A stretch of DNA of 63,362 nucleotides, filler included, from Asterionella formosa (taxonomy: Eukaryota), in the NCBI GenBank assembly GCA_002256025.1. It is 25 parts of 25 records of this genome, joined end to end, with 100 filler letters (N's around TTAATTAATTAA, not from the genome) between each part and the next. Parts side by side here need not be neighbours in the genome. Positions count along the whole stretch, not along the records: positions 22,723 to 23,829 come from NKIB01004284.1; positions 23,930 to 25,035 come from NKIB01004285.1; positions 25,136 to 26,241 come from NKIB01004286.1; positions 26,342 to 27,447 come from NKIB01004287.1; positions 27,548 to 28,653 come from NKIB01004288.1; positions 28,754 to 29,859 come from NKIB01004289.1; positions 29,960 to 31,058 come from NKIB01004290.1; positions 31,159 to 32,264 come from NKIB01004291.1; 17 more parts are not named here. The stretch is one strand, 5' to 3'. Of this stretch, positions 23,741 to 35,988 are shown in pieces (within the stretch, counting starts at the first letter, position 1; every line of letters begins with the position of its first letter). The notes under the pieces were generated by a model. The model was not told the DNA's origin. It saw only the letters and a list, made by a program, of their open reading frames with translations, and did no database searches. The position numbers and the translations under genes are program-made.

Positions 23741-24330
23741 AGTGAAATTGTTTCTTTTACTTAGTTTGTACTCAATTGTATCATATTTGAATTGTTTCAT
23801 TTGGACAGAAGTCAAGGTGTTTCTACAGANNNNNNNNNNNNNNNNNNNNNNNNNNNNNNNNNNNNNNNNNNNNTTAATTAATTAANNNNNNNNNNNNNNN
23901 NNNNNNNNNNNNNNNNNNNNNNNNNNNNNGAATTCTCAAATGATGCATGTCGCATGTGACATCGATGAAAACTACCGGTACCTGTTATGTTACTTTGACG
24001 AGTGGAAGTCTCTATGTAGGCACGAAAAAGAGATGATTCATGGGCAAATACCGGTACCGGTATGTAAAGTCACCATCTTTTGTTGTCATCGTACAGGGAA
24101 TCTTTTTCGTGGTACCTGGTACAGCATGATGTACATCTCCGTAGTGTTTTTCAATGTTAAATGAGTGGAAATCTCTATCCACGAAAACGAGAACGACCGA
24201 TGTAACATTTCAAAAAGAAACCAACAAACCGGGGAATTTCAGGGGCATAAGTTGTGGACATTTTCGTGGTCCTACTTTTTCCGCGAGGTTTTATGAATGT
24301 AGTATTGGCACAGGTAACGTAAATTACGAA

Positions 24331-24434
24331 TGACATTGTTCATTGCCTTCTCAATCAAAGCCATATATATGTATATATGTATAGTTATATGTTGAACCAT
24401 TGACATTGTTCAGTGCCTTCTCAATCAAAGCCAT
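24331..24434. repeat. 34-bp direct repeat, two copies separated by a TA-rich spacer
   Basis: TGACATTGTTCA(T/G)TGCCTTCTCAATCAAAGCCAT at 24331 and 24401. Confidence 0.8.
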
Positions 24435-24683
24435 TTGTACCTGCATCTAGGCATATATGTTGAACAATTTATATATGGATCGTCCACATGTAAAGGCACT
24501 GACATTTATTTGACAATTACCAAAAACATCATATTTGTTGCCTTTGAAACCCGACATTGTTACGAAGTAAACTCGCTCCCTCTCCCTCTCTCCAGATAAG
24601 GAAAAGGTCAAAGTGCTCAACTCAAGCAGCAGCATCATTTTGCTGGAAAGACCAATGGTGTATTTGTTATTGACAATTGCAAC

Positions 24684-24981
24684 ATGATTTGTTACAGCAA
24701 AAATGCAAAGGATCACAATCAGCAACAGCAGCAACAACAACGCCGCTTTGGTGATGTTCTTCAATCATGGGGAAAGAAGAAAGTTCCTGTAAAGATCGTC
24801 TCAAGAACATCAGTAAGGAGCTTTCTTAAAAAGTTTTACGTCGCAGCAACAGCAGCATCAACTCATTCGGATATGAACAATTGCTCAGTCGATGTATGGC
24901 ACTCTAAGTTAACAGTAGCCGCTGTTTCTACTGTGGGAATAATGGTATTACTCATCATTATTCGACATTCCCGTCAACAAA
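24684..24981 (+). CDS. Possible first exon of a type II membrane protein
   Basis: PolyQ, then a hydrophobic stretch (LTVAAVSTVGIMVLLIII), then AAG|GTACGG donor-like site and a pyrimidine-rich tract. Confidence 0.35.
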
Positions 24982-26340
24982 GGTACGGTTTTTTCTTCGA
25001 CTACTATTGGTTCATCTCTTTTGTGCTGCTTTCGTNNNNNNNNNNNNNNNNNNNNNNNNNNNNNNNNNNNNNNNNNNNNTTAATTAATTAANNNNNNNNN
25101 NNNNNNNNNNNNNNNNNNNNNNNNNNNNNNNNNNNATGTGGATTAGATGATGGCAGTAACGACGAGCAATGAGACGCAGTGGAGCTCCTCGGGTTCACCA
25201 ACCGAAACCAAGCAGTAATTGTTTGGATTGTTCTACCAGGTACCAGGTACCTGGTATCCCCTCCATGGCTAATTTACTACCGGTGTATAGTAACCACAGT
25301 CCTGGTTTGCCGGTAGACTAGCGGGGCACTCCGTACAAGCCAATGATAAAAGTGCATTTGCTTGCCGCTACTGAGCATTTTGGATAAATAGCTACCGGCA
25401 TTCTGATGTAACAAATATATATTCATACTCGGATATATTTCCTATGCAGTCTGTAGTCTGTTCCACATATAATCGACCTTCAGGTCACTCTGCTATCTTA
25501 TCTTGTGCATAGTACCTGGTACCAGGTACCAGGTAGTAAGTGTAGTTAGTATACCGGTAGATAGCTTCCACTATGATTACCGGTACCAGTAGTAAGTACT
25601 ACATAAATATACATAGCGACATACTCAGTATATCCGTATGAATGAGCATACGGTACCGGTACATACCCCACATTTCAGACGTGCGTCGCTATCCGTTATG
25701 TCAACAGGTCCCTGGTACCAGGTACTGGTACCCAAAGTAATCATGTGCGTTGAGTTCGTTCACCTACCATACCTGGTACTGGTACCAGGTACCGCAACAA
25801 CCGGCAGGAAGACTACCTGGTACCGGTATACGTAACCAGCAGAAATTTCTTTTGTAGCGTACTGGTATATACTCCGTACCAAACTGAGATACTTAGAGCA
25901 TTAGCTAAGCAAATGCATATAAATGTACGTGCATGTACCGACTATCAAGGGGCCGTCATATAGATAAAAATATAAAGTATGATCGATGCTTCGGCGGGTC
26001 ATATACAGGTATGAAGCTAATATAAAAAGAAAATGAATGAAGAAAGACACTAAAATTTTCTATATATCCATACCGTGATTTGTATGTAGCATAGATGCAA
26101 TGATGTTAGTTATACATTCTTTTGTATCACTCCCTCATTCGAAATCCGACCATCCACAGCCCTTTCCTGCCATGGTGACAACGAAAGCCAGTCCCTTACA
26201 CAAAGGCATCAATGGCATCCAATTGCTCATTGTTCTCTCTCNNNNNNNNNNNNNNNNNNNNNNNNNNNNNNNNNNNNNNNNNNNNTTAATTAATTAANNN
26301 NNNNNNNNNNNNNNNNNNNNNNNNNNNNNNNNNNNNNNNN

Positions 26341-26900
26341 NATACGTTGAGGCGACCCTGAGGGAACCTCATCCATCAAAGTTACCCATAGTAGAAGGAG
26401 TCCAGGAAAGCTTTCACCATAATCTTCAAGGCTTTCGTAGAAGCCACTAAGTAGCCCAGGATCTACATGAGACTCAATCAACCTCCATAGGTGCAAAGAG
26501 TCATCCCTAGATTGGTCATCCCAGACCATGGACCTGGCTAGTAGTACAGATGCCTCAGTTTCGGCTGTAGGGTCATCGAACTGATACACTGGTTCTGTTA
26601 CAGGACCTAGGCAGTCTTGACCAGTTCATATTTGATGCGAGAATGATTTGTAGACGTATCCCACATGACACCTTCAGAATCAGGTGCATACAAAAACTTA
26701 TCAACGCCTACGAGAGCGGCTTCCTTGCGGATAGCACGCTCCAGCTCATAGAGGGTGAAGTTCACTACTGGATTGCCAGTAGGACCCTTGTGGAGCTTCT
26801 TGCGATCTTTGGTGCAGTACTCGAATAGTCCGCAAACCTCTCTGGTATCTCCCGTAAGTAGCTGGTAGCTAGGGCGAGAAAATTGGAGACATTGATTTCA
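26341..26900 (-). mobile_element. Degenerate gag-like ORF (copia-like)
   Basis: Interrupted protein-like frames (…FLYAPDSEGVMWD…, …DDQSRDDSLHLWRLIESHV…GLLLLWVTL) reminiscent of diatom copia gag N-termini. Confidence 0.35.
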
Positions 26901-27547
26901 GTCTTGAAATGTCTGGTGAGTGCACCACCAGAGTATCATAACCCCCCCCCCCTCGGGCGTGACGTGTCCAAACTTCGTTGCTTGCGTCATCGTCGTTAAG
27001 TATGATCATGGTGAGTTGTCGCTTGCTAAAGTTCTTAGTTCAAGCTATTGTTGTGTTCGAACATCACCATCAAGAAACTTAAAAAACCACACACTTCATG
27101 AAGAATACTACGTCTGTATTGTTACCCTGTATAGCAGAGGCGCTGACACAGTGCTTGCTATCTCACGTGGTGACTATGTAGGAGGCTACAAGTTGAATGC
27201 AATCTCTTGCCTGAATCTCACAACCTTGTCGTGTAACGAACCTTGTTGTGTAAGAACAGTTTAGCTACTACGAGCGTGTTGGGCTCTATAACCAGTTGGT
27301 AAAGGCTACGAATCTGTATCTCTCACGCAGTAAAAGTTGCTAGAAAATTGTTTCTACACAATTTGTTTGTTTTACTTTGTTTGCTTATAGCTGTTTTTAT
27401 AAAAGAGTGAGCTTAATGTTTGAATTTTGAAACCCAAGCTCATGCATNNNNNNNNNNNNNNNNNNNNNNNNNNNNNNNNNNNNNNNNNNNNTTAATTAAT
27501 TAANNNNNNNNNNNNNNNNNNNNNNNNNNNNNNNNNNNNNNNNNNNN

Positions 27548-28371
27548 TGTCCATCCTGTCCCTCCTGCGTGCGCCGCTGATGGCCGCCGCCATCGCCGCT
27601 GCCGCTGCTGTCACCAGCTTCGCCCCGACCCCCGCTTTTGCTCAAGCCTCGGCCCCGGCCGCTGAAGCCGCAGCGCCTGCTGCTGCCGTGGCGCCTGAAG
27701 TGAAGAAGGAAACCATCGACAACCCCTACGGCCTGGATGCGCTGTGGAGCCAGGGCGACTTTGTCGCTCGCGGCACGCTGATCATCATGATCATCATGTC
27801 GATGGGCTCGTGGTACATCATCTTCACGAAGCTGTTCGAGCAGCGCAAGCTGATGAAGGCCGCTGACGCTGCGGCCGAGACGTTCTGGCAAGCCGGCTCG
27901 ATCAAGAAGGGTGCAGAGACCCTGGAAGAAGGCTCGGCCTTCCGCTACATCGCCGAGCAGGGCCTGAAGGCGAGCGAGCACCACGAAGGCACGCTGGTCG
28001 AGAACATCGACCTGAACACCTGGATCGGCATGGGCGTGGACCGCTCGGTCGGCAACATCAACAGCCGCATGCAGGACGGCCTGGCCTTCCTGGCCACCGT
28101 CGGCTCGACCGCGCCGTTCGTCGGTCTGTTCGGCACGGTGTGGGGCATCTATCACGCGCTGACGGCCATCGGCCTGTCGGGCAATGCCTCGATCGAGAAG
28201 GTCGCCGGTCCGGTCGGTGAAGCGCTGATCATGACCGCCTTCGGCTTGGCTGTGGCTGTGCCTGCGGTGATGGGCTACAACTGGCTGATCCGTCGCAACA
28301 AGAGCGTGATGGAGAAGGTCCGTGCCTTCTCGGGCGACCTGCACAACGTGCTGCTCGCCGGCAAGCGGTAA
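27548..28371 (+). CDS. exbB: MotA/TolQ/ExbB proton channel protein (bacterial)
   Basis: LATVGSTAPFVGLFGTVWGI and VGEALIMTAFGLAVAVPA signatures. High-GC codon usage. The contig starts TG TCC, so the ATG probably lost its A in the gap. Confidence 0.93.
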
Positions 28372-28383
28372 ATAGAGCCCCAA

Positions 28384-28404
28384 GACGACGCCTTGGGCGT
28401 CGTC
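28384..28404 (+). other. Intergenic GC-rich hairpin between exbB and exbD
   Basis: GACGACGCC-TTG-GGCGTCGTC with no U-tract. GAGGAGG RBS precedes the ATG at 28485. Confidence 0.6.
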
Positions 28405-28484
28405 GCCCCCCGAGGGGAGCGATTTCCCTTGGGACGGCCCGGCGGGAAATCAGAGCCCCGCGGACATGTGAATGAGGAGGCCCT

Positions 28485-28653
28485 ATGGGCATGAGCATCG
28501 GCGCCGCCAGCGATGACGGCGAAGAGCAGATGAACTCCAGCATCAACACCACCCCGCTGGTGGATGTGATGCTGGTGCTGCTGATCATTTTCCTGATCAC
28601 CATCCCGGTGGTCACGCAGTCGGTGAAGCTGCAGCTGCCGCGCGAGACCAACG
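28485..28653 (+). CDS. exbD: ExbD/TolR biopolymer transport protein, partial (bacterial)
   Basis: INTTPLVDVMLVLLIIFLIT signature, directly downstream of exbB. Confidence 0.92.
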
Positions 28654-28753
28654 NNNNNNNNNNNNNNNNNNNNNNNNNNNNNNNNNNNNNNNNNNNNTTA
28701 ATTAATTAANNNNNNNNNNNNNNNNNNNNNNNNNNNNNNNNNNNNNNNNNNNN

Positions 28754-29859
28754 TTTTTTTTGAAAGAAAACATATTCTTGAGTCCAGATGTCATCTTTTC
28801 AATAGACTCACTCACTGGGTCATATGAAGTATTGTTACAAGAGACTGTGCGGAAATGTTTGTCTTTTCGGCATTGACGAATGGCGTCAGCAATTTCCTTC
28901 TGGGTTGTTCCTGTACAGAGAAGCCTGGAATATAAGTGTAACAAAATGAAAAAGATTCGAAAGGGTGTAAGGGCCTTGCTCCAAAGGACTTGCACCAGTC
29001 TTCATGTTACATACCATTGTTCCCTGACACTCCTTGGCAACACAAGATCGCAAGCAGGTCGTCGGTTTCCTCGCATTCTCTCAAATGAATTTATATCCAG
29101 TACAAATTTCGTGGATGGGTCGTGACCCCAGTCAATTGTTATGGGAGGTCCTTCTGTAACACTGGGATTGTCGCCTAGGACCACAGGATATTCTCTCACT
29201 TCCAAAAATGTAAACTCTACTCGTTTGTGTTGTGTCAAATCCTGTACAATCCCTTTCGTCTTGAGGGAGTTAAATTGCGTCGTAACACGCAGAACGCTTC
29301 GTATCATGGGGATCATATCCCCAGCAGGAGCAGATTGTCGACGCTTGAGACTCAGACGTCGTCCTTCTTGAGGAAATGCTTCGTAGGGCACATCGACAGG
29401 AAGGGACATGGATCTTCGGTTTTCCACCTTTGCCACAGCTACTGTACGGACACGCTGACGAGAGACCCGAGTGGTGATGCTGGGACGTGGCTCGCTTTGA
29501 GGGCCATCGTCGTTGGGACGATCTGCTTTTGCACCGGCAGGAAGCGCCTTGGTGTGCTTCGTACTAGAGATATCTGCTGCCTTCGTACGCTCGCTACCAC
29601 GATGATCGGTTGACTCTCCTTTAGAGCGAGATGGGCGAGAGGGGCGAGAGGATCGCGAGGAGCGCTCATCGCTAATAGGACGGGAGGATCGATGTGCTGG
29701 TTCATCTACTCTTGACGCTCGCTGTCGTTGTTCTCCAGAGCGCGATTTTCGGTGTTCGCCAGCACCAGAGCGAGATGGCCGTTCACCACTAGGGCGAGAG
29801 GATGATGGTCGCGTGCTACTAGGACGAGAGGGCAATGGCGTGAAAGATGGCTGTTCATA
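28754..29859 (-). CDS. Diatom-type LGDNPS-motif protein, partial; intron 28925-29014
   Basis: RVEFTFLEVREYPVVLGDNPSVTEGPPITIDW motif. A 90-bp GTATGT…CCAG intron joins REQW to LLCTGTTQKEIADAIRQCRKDK in frame. R/S-rich N-terminal region. Confidence 0.8.
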
Positions 29860-29959
29860 NNNNNNNNNNNNNNNNNNNNNNNNNNNNNNNNNNNNNNNNN
29901 NNNTTAATTAATTAANNNNNNNNNNNNNNNNNNNNNNNNNNNNNNNNNNNNNNNNNNNN

Positions 29960-30578
29960 ATAGGTCCATGTCACACAGCTTGCTCTAGGAACCAACAAAC
30001 CAACAATCAAGCAGGTATTGTGGACAAACAAGCAAACATGGATGTGGATCCTGATAATGAAAGTAACCTTCCAAGACACCAAAACTATATTTGTTGTTTG
30101 GTAAGAATGGGAAGTTGGAATCACCGAACAAAAAACCAGAAAGGCTTCTATTTACAAGCAGCAGGGAGACAGGGAGCAGGATGAGGAAATATGCATCTAC
30201 TATTGGCAGCGCAAGGTTGTCTGGGATGCAGTGGCAACTCTAGCTAGTTTGAGTGGTTACATGGCACATGTAGTCCTGTATTAAATCTATGAGACATATG
30301 GTCAGGATAAGATTGTTACTCACATTCTCGTCAACCAAATGTTGAAAGGTTGCAGTGGTGGTGGGCATCCACAACTACAGTCGTGTTAAGCTAGATAAAT
30401 GCGTATACTACTAAATAATAACATAAATACTTACTATATGAAATTCAAATTTCATTTTCAATGTACTGTACCTTGTTATTTCATTGCCTGCTTCTTACCT
30501 GGTATAAACACCAGACCAGTTGAATCAGCAGTACACACAACGAAGCTAGCAAAATCCGGCAACACCAGGTGCTGGCAC
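29960..30578. repeat. Dispersed non-coding repeat, copy A
   Basis: High identity to 32852-33473. Confidence 0.85.
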
Positions 30579-31177
30579 CTGGAACATACCGTGGTACCAG
30601 CTACCGGTACCAGGGTACTTCATGCATTGTAACAGCATCGCCCCTGGTACCAGGTACCAGGTACAAGCAACGGTGGCACCGCCCACTCACACACAGTGCA
30701 TGCTTTGTACGTGCATCATGATAGTTAACTAGTGCACTAGCTTTCACAACGACAAAAAAAAGTACCGGTAGTATTGGGGGTAGAATTAATTGTCAATACT
30801 GGCACACCCAGTATAGGAAAAACAGGCTAAAACAACTTAATACAAACGTTTGAATGCTAATACCGGTACTACCGGTAGGTACCAGGTACGTTACCTGGTA
30901 CAGCGAAGGTTGGCTGTGTTGTCGCGGAAAAATTCTACGCGTGTCCCGGTATTTACCGGCAGTCATCTTCCCCATGATAGTCCTCGCAGTCGCCGCCAAC
31001 ATCCTAATGGGATCATCATCCTTCTGTCTATTAGTAGCCTAGTTCCCTTTGCATCGCCNNNNNNNNNNNNNNNNNNNNNNNNNNNNNNNNNNNNNNNNNN
31101 NNTTAATTAATTAANNNNNNNNNNNNNNNNNNNNNNNNNNNNNNNNNNNNNNNNNNNNACTCAAATAAAGGAGCAGA

Positions 31178-32264
31178 ATGATCAGCGCCAGCGAAGCAGC
31201 ACAGAATGCCATTACAGCGCCACCGAACGGCACCACTGGATCGCAGCGGACCAACGGCAGCAGAGGTCGCGGAAGGGGACGACGAGGAGGACGCGGAGGC
31301 CGTGGACCAGGACCAGCACGCACCAACTTCCGCGGCACCACCGATGACATGAACGGTCAAGTTTTTGAGTGCTACGAAGAACAGAGTGACCGTCGTCAAT
31401 ACAGCAGAACGCTTGAGGCTTTGGAAGGATATGTCAAGAAGTCCCTCAAGTACTCGGAAGACCTTGCCACACTATTTGCCGACAAAATGGAGGCCCCAAC
31501 AGTCTCCATGCCGATGGACCCAGGGAAGGATCCAAGTAAAACGGCCGAAATGATTTGGGCGGAGGAAGTCAAGGAGTACGTGAAGCGTACCCGCACCCTC
31601 AGAAGCAACCTAGCCACAATCCATGCCGTGATTTGGGGGCAGTGTAGCGAGGCCATGAAGGCCAAAGTAAAGTCACTTGATGATTACAAGGCCAAGACTG
31701 TAGACAATGATTGTTTCTGGTTGCTCAAGCAGATCAAGGCCATTACGTTGCAGTTTGATGAGAAGCGCAATGGGTTTATATCACTCCTCGATGCAAGAAC
31801 CAGTTTCCTAACCTGCCGACAGCAACAATGGCAAACAGCTGACGCTTACCTTGAGACCCTAAAAGGTTGGGCTGACACTATTGAGTACCACGGCGGAACG
31901 GTTGCCGAAAATCACGAATTGGTCCCAATGGCTGCGGATGACGGAACCATACGCAGCATTGATGAGCGGAAGGCCATTGCACGTGATAGAACCCTTGCAA
32001 TTGCTTTAATCCGTGGTGCTGATGCAACCAGATATGGCACGCTCATTGTTGGTCTCTCCAATCAATACGCAATGGGGAAGGATGATTACCCGACCGATAT
32101 TACATCAGCCTACAGCCTACTTGTGAACTACAGGACCCCCGAGAACACACGTGCCAGAAACCCAACCCCCAGTCAACCCGCTGGTAGCCCTGAGACCAGT
32201 GCCATGACCTTCACACAACGAGGAGCGACCGCCGGCATCAACGGAGTGACACATGACGACGTCA
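31178..32264 (+). mobile_element. Intact gag ORF of an LTR retrotransposon (diatom copia-like), 3' truncated
   Basis: RG-rich N-terminus, IWGQCSEAMKAKV, WLLKQIK and YPTDITSAYSLLVNY; no stops over ~360 codons. Confidence 0.75.
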
Positions 32265-32851
32265 NNNNNNNNNNNNNNNNNNNNNNNNNNNNNNNNNNNN
32301 NNNNNNNNTTAATTAATTAANNNNNNNNNNNNNNNNNNNNNNNNNNNNNNNNNNNNNNNNNNNNAACCTTTCTAGTCACCTAGCCAGAGTACCCATGATG
32401 TGCAAGACATCAGGGATTATAGTCCACTCTTAGTTTATTTATTTCAAGTTCAATGCTGACTTTGAGACTGACTAAGTATAGATTACTCATGAATTCCTGG
32501 TTACTAGAGTATAAGTTCTACTTTCTTTGTAGAGGTGACCGTTTAACCATAAGGAAATCACTGTATCATGATATCCTACTTCGAAATCAAACATTGTAAT
32601 AAGTGTTCTGAAATGTGTGGTTATGCCTTTTACTAGTAGGCTAAATGTTAGTAGAACATGTCTATGGCTGATGAATCATATATCTGGGGTTGGTTTACAT
32701 AGCCACACTAGCTATCCCTATAGGTCAGATCCATTCTTCAGCTAGCTAAAGTTCTACTTTAGTAGAGCTTGTGGAATGATCAACATTTGCTATGTTTGTT
32801 GTAACTATTTAAATAGCCTTATGTGTAGGCTAACCAGCCAAGCAATGTACC

Positions 32852-33473
32852 ATAGGTCCATGTTACACAGCTTGCTCTAGGAACCAACAAACCAACAATC
32901 AAGCAGGTATTGCGGACAAACAAGCAAACATGGATGTGGATCCCGATAATGAAAGAAACCTTCCAAGACACCAAAACTATATTTGTTCTTTGGTAAGAAT
33001 GGGAAGTTGGAATCACTGAACCAAAAACCAGAAAGGCTACTATTTACAAGCAGCAGGGCAGGGCACCAGGGAGCAGGATGAGGAAATATGCATCTACTAT
33101 TGGCAGCGCAAGGTTGTCTGGGATGCAGTGGCAACTCTAGCTAGTTTGAGTGGGTATATGGCATATGTAGCCCTGTATTAAATCTATGAGACATATGGTC
33201 AGGATAAGATTTGTTACTCAAATTCTCGTCAACCAAATGTTGAAAGGTTGCAGTGATGGTGGGCATCCACAACTAAAGCCATGTTAAGCTAGATAAATGT
33301 GTATACTACTAAATAATAACATAAATACTTACTATATTAAATTCAAATTTTTTTCAATGTACTGTACCTTGTTATTTCATTGCCTGCTTCTTACCCAGTA
33401 TAAATACCAGACCAGTTGAATCAGCATTACACACAACGAAGCTAGCAAAATCCGGCAACACCAGGTGCTGGCA
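32852..33473. repeat. Dispersed non-coding repeat, copy B
   Basis: Matches 29960-30578. Confidence 0.85.
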
Positions 33474-33572
33474 NNNNNNNNNNNNNNNNNNNNNNNNNNN
33501 NNNNNNNNNNNNNNNNNTTAATTAATTAANNNNNNNNNNNNNNNNNNNNNNNNNNNNNNNNNNNNNNNNNNN

Positions 33573-34679
33573 NGATATACTTTGTGCGCAAAATCGGAAG
33601 TTGGTAGGGTTTATAATGTCGTTTATTTCTCCGTTCTGAATGATTGGACCATTAATAGCAGCAGCATCATGATCTACTAAACTATCAAGGAATAAACCAT
33701 TATCATAGTCATCGGCATCAAAACAAACTGTTTGAACGAAATCAATGGCTGCTGGCGATTGTTTCAGGAATTTTGCAAGGGGGTCTTGAGAGTGGTGTCG
33801 TCCATCTCTTCGAGAAGTCGCTACCATTGATGAGGTCTGCGATGCTTGAATCTGAGATTGAATCATATATTGTTGCCCACACAAGGGGCTGTGTCTGTGA
33901 TGACCACGAATTAATTTAAAAGGACCTTTACCACAGAATTTACATTTGTCCTCGTCGTTATTGTCACACAGATCCATGATATTTACTGTCGTTGCAGTGC
34001 TGTGTTGGCAAGAGAAAAATAAGAATAACAGGTAGCTAAAATAATGGACCTTGTTTGGCACATATTTGGCAAACAATACTACCTGGTACCATCCTCATCA
34101 GTAGACATAATTCAACCAGTGTTGATTTTGAGTAATAATAATCACGTAAAAAAATTGGGTTGCCTACCACTGGCTAGTAGTACATTTACCTAGTACCGGT
34201 AATAACCTACATAACATGAAAACTGGGAAGAGGGAGCTTTTTTACCGGTAAGTGTGAGTTCTTCATGTGATTTGTACAACCGTAAAACTTTGATCTCAGA
34301 TGGATGACATTAGACACCACAAATATCCTTACTATTTCATTAAGTAAAATGCGTGTTATGAATGTATTAGCCTCAAGAGCAGGATCTTAGTTGATTTTTC
34401 AAATGAATTATTTGAAACATCAACTAATTCAGTCTTGCGTTCAAAATTCATTGTGAAAACTTCACATGAAACAGTTAAAACTTCACATGAAACCGTTAAA
34501 ACTTCACATGAAACCGTTAAAAGTAATCTTTTCTACGTGAAGAGTGGCATTAATGCATGTGAAGTACCACATAATTAACACTCGTACGAAAACGAAATTT
34601 CGAAAAGTCAAATGAATTATTTGAAACATCAACTAATTTAGTCTCGCGTTCAAAATTCATTGTGAAAACTTCACATGAA
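33573..34679 (-). mobile_element. Zinc-finger repeat family, copy 2
   Basis: Same ORF as copy 1. Upstream are three 21-bp AAAACTTCACATGAAAC(A/C)GTT repeats and a ~210-bp duplication. Confidence 0.6.
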
Positions 34680-34781
34680 NNNNNNNNNNNNNNNNNNNNN
34701 NNNNNNNNNNNNNNNNNNNNNNNTTAATTAATTAANNNNNNNNNNNNNNNNNNNNNNNNNNNNNNNNNNNNNNNNNNNNTC

Positions 34782-34955
34782 GAATGGGAGCGTCGTCTTT
34801 CCGATGATTCCTCTTTGACCGCTACTCTCAAGCCCAATGACTCTTTGGATGTCGAATGGAAGGACAATGCTTGGACCGCAAATGTGAACATGCCAATTGA
34901 TGGAACCAACATCAACGGAGCCAATGTCAGCATCAAGCGTGATGTCAACTTTTAA
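34782..34955 (+). CDS. C-terminal end of a probable beta-strand-rich (porin-like) protein
   Basis: EWERRLSDDSSLTATLKPNDSLDVEWKDNAWTANVNMPIDGTNINGANVSIKRDVNF-stop. Alternating polar and hydrophobic residues, terminal Phe, coding-like codon bias. Confidence 0.5.
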   Translation, partial: EWERRLSDDSSLTATLKPNDSLDVEWKDNAWTANVNMPIDGTNINGANVSIKRDVNF

Positions 34956-35255
34956 AGATGGTTAGTAATGTACCATAAGCAATCTATTAAGCTTTTGATG
35001 TATATCCTGATATGAAACTGTCTAATATAAACTTGGATGAATACGTGTACCGGTATCCGATGAAATCTCTAGAGGGGAATTCCAAACTCGATGTTGCCCG
35101 GAGATTTCCTACATATGGTAAGCAGTATGACCGGTACTCCCAGTAATCGTGGCGGCGGTGGCGAGGTCGACGGGTATAAGAGATTCCGGGTTCTTTTGGC
35201 GATCTTTAATTTGCTTGATTTTTGGCATCATTATTATTGTTGGCAGCTAATATAC

Positions 35256-35884
35256 CCGTATACTTCATTGTCCTGGACCCCCCAATGTACACTGCCGTGA
35301 CTGAATTTGACTGATTTTACTTAAGGGGGGGCCCAGGACAATGAAGAGATTTCCCTTATAATAGACCTAAGGAAATTTCTTTAGTTCTACAGGATAGCGC
35401 ACATTTTTCTAAGATGTATTAATATGACAATTATTTCTGTCTTGTGAAAAATGAGAGAGTTCTTCACCTCGCAAGAAAAACGCGACTTCATGTTGTTATC
35501 GGCGATCTCAATTTTCGTTGTCATTATTAGTGTTATTACTTTACTTCTTTTACGATTGTATTTTCCATGTCATTCTTAATACAGGCAGCAAGTAGCAAAG
35601 CGTCGTTCTCTATTTTCGTGGAGGTAATTCGTATTTTCGTCATGGTCAAGGTTGCGACAACATCATGAAGGATTCTCCAGCTGCTCACAGCCACTACCTA
35701 TCGTCTCTTGTGTTTTGTATGTACAAAAGAATCGCAAAATGGTAGCTAAATAATTATGTACTAGTGCCCACGAGGACAAAAAGAAATATAGCACGTTACT
35801 TTGTCTATGACAAGAAAATTATTGGGTGTTTGGTTCCACCTCGAGAAAAATGTACAGGGGGGTCCAGCAACCATAGGGGGGGTC
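35256..35884 (+). mobile_element. Internally deleted derivative (MITE) of the pogo-like element at 48641-50941
   Basis: The left ~230 bp and right ~90 bp match the two ends of the full element; the middle is unrelated filler. Confidence 0.85.
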
Positions 35885-35988
35885 NNNNNNNNNNNNNNNN
35901 NNNNNNNNNNNNNNNNNNNNNNNNNNNNTTAATTAATTAANNNNNNNNNNNNNNNNNNNNNNNNNNNNNNNNNNNNNNNNNNNNGGTA

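Noticed and set aside
27496..28383. 295-aa minus-strand ORF
   Set aside because: Antisense shadow of the high-GC exbB gene.
27548..28653. Horizontal transfer of a TonB system into the alga
   Set aside because: Separate contig with no physical linkage to host DNA.
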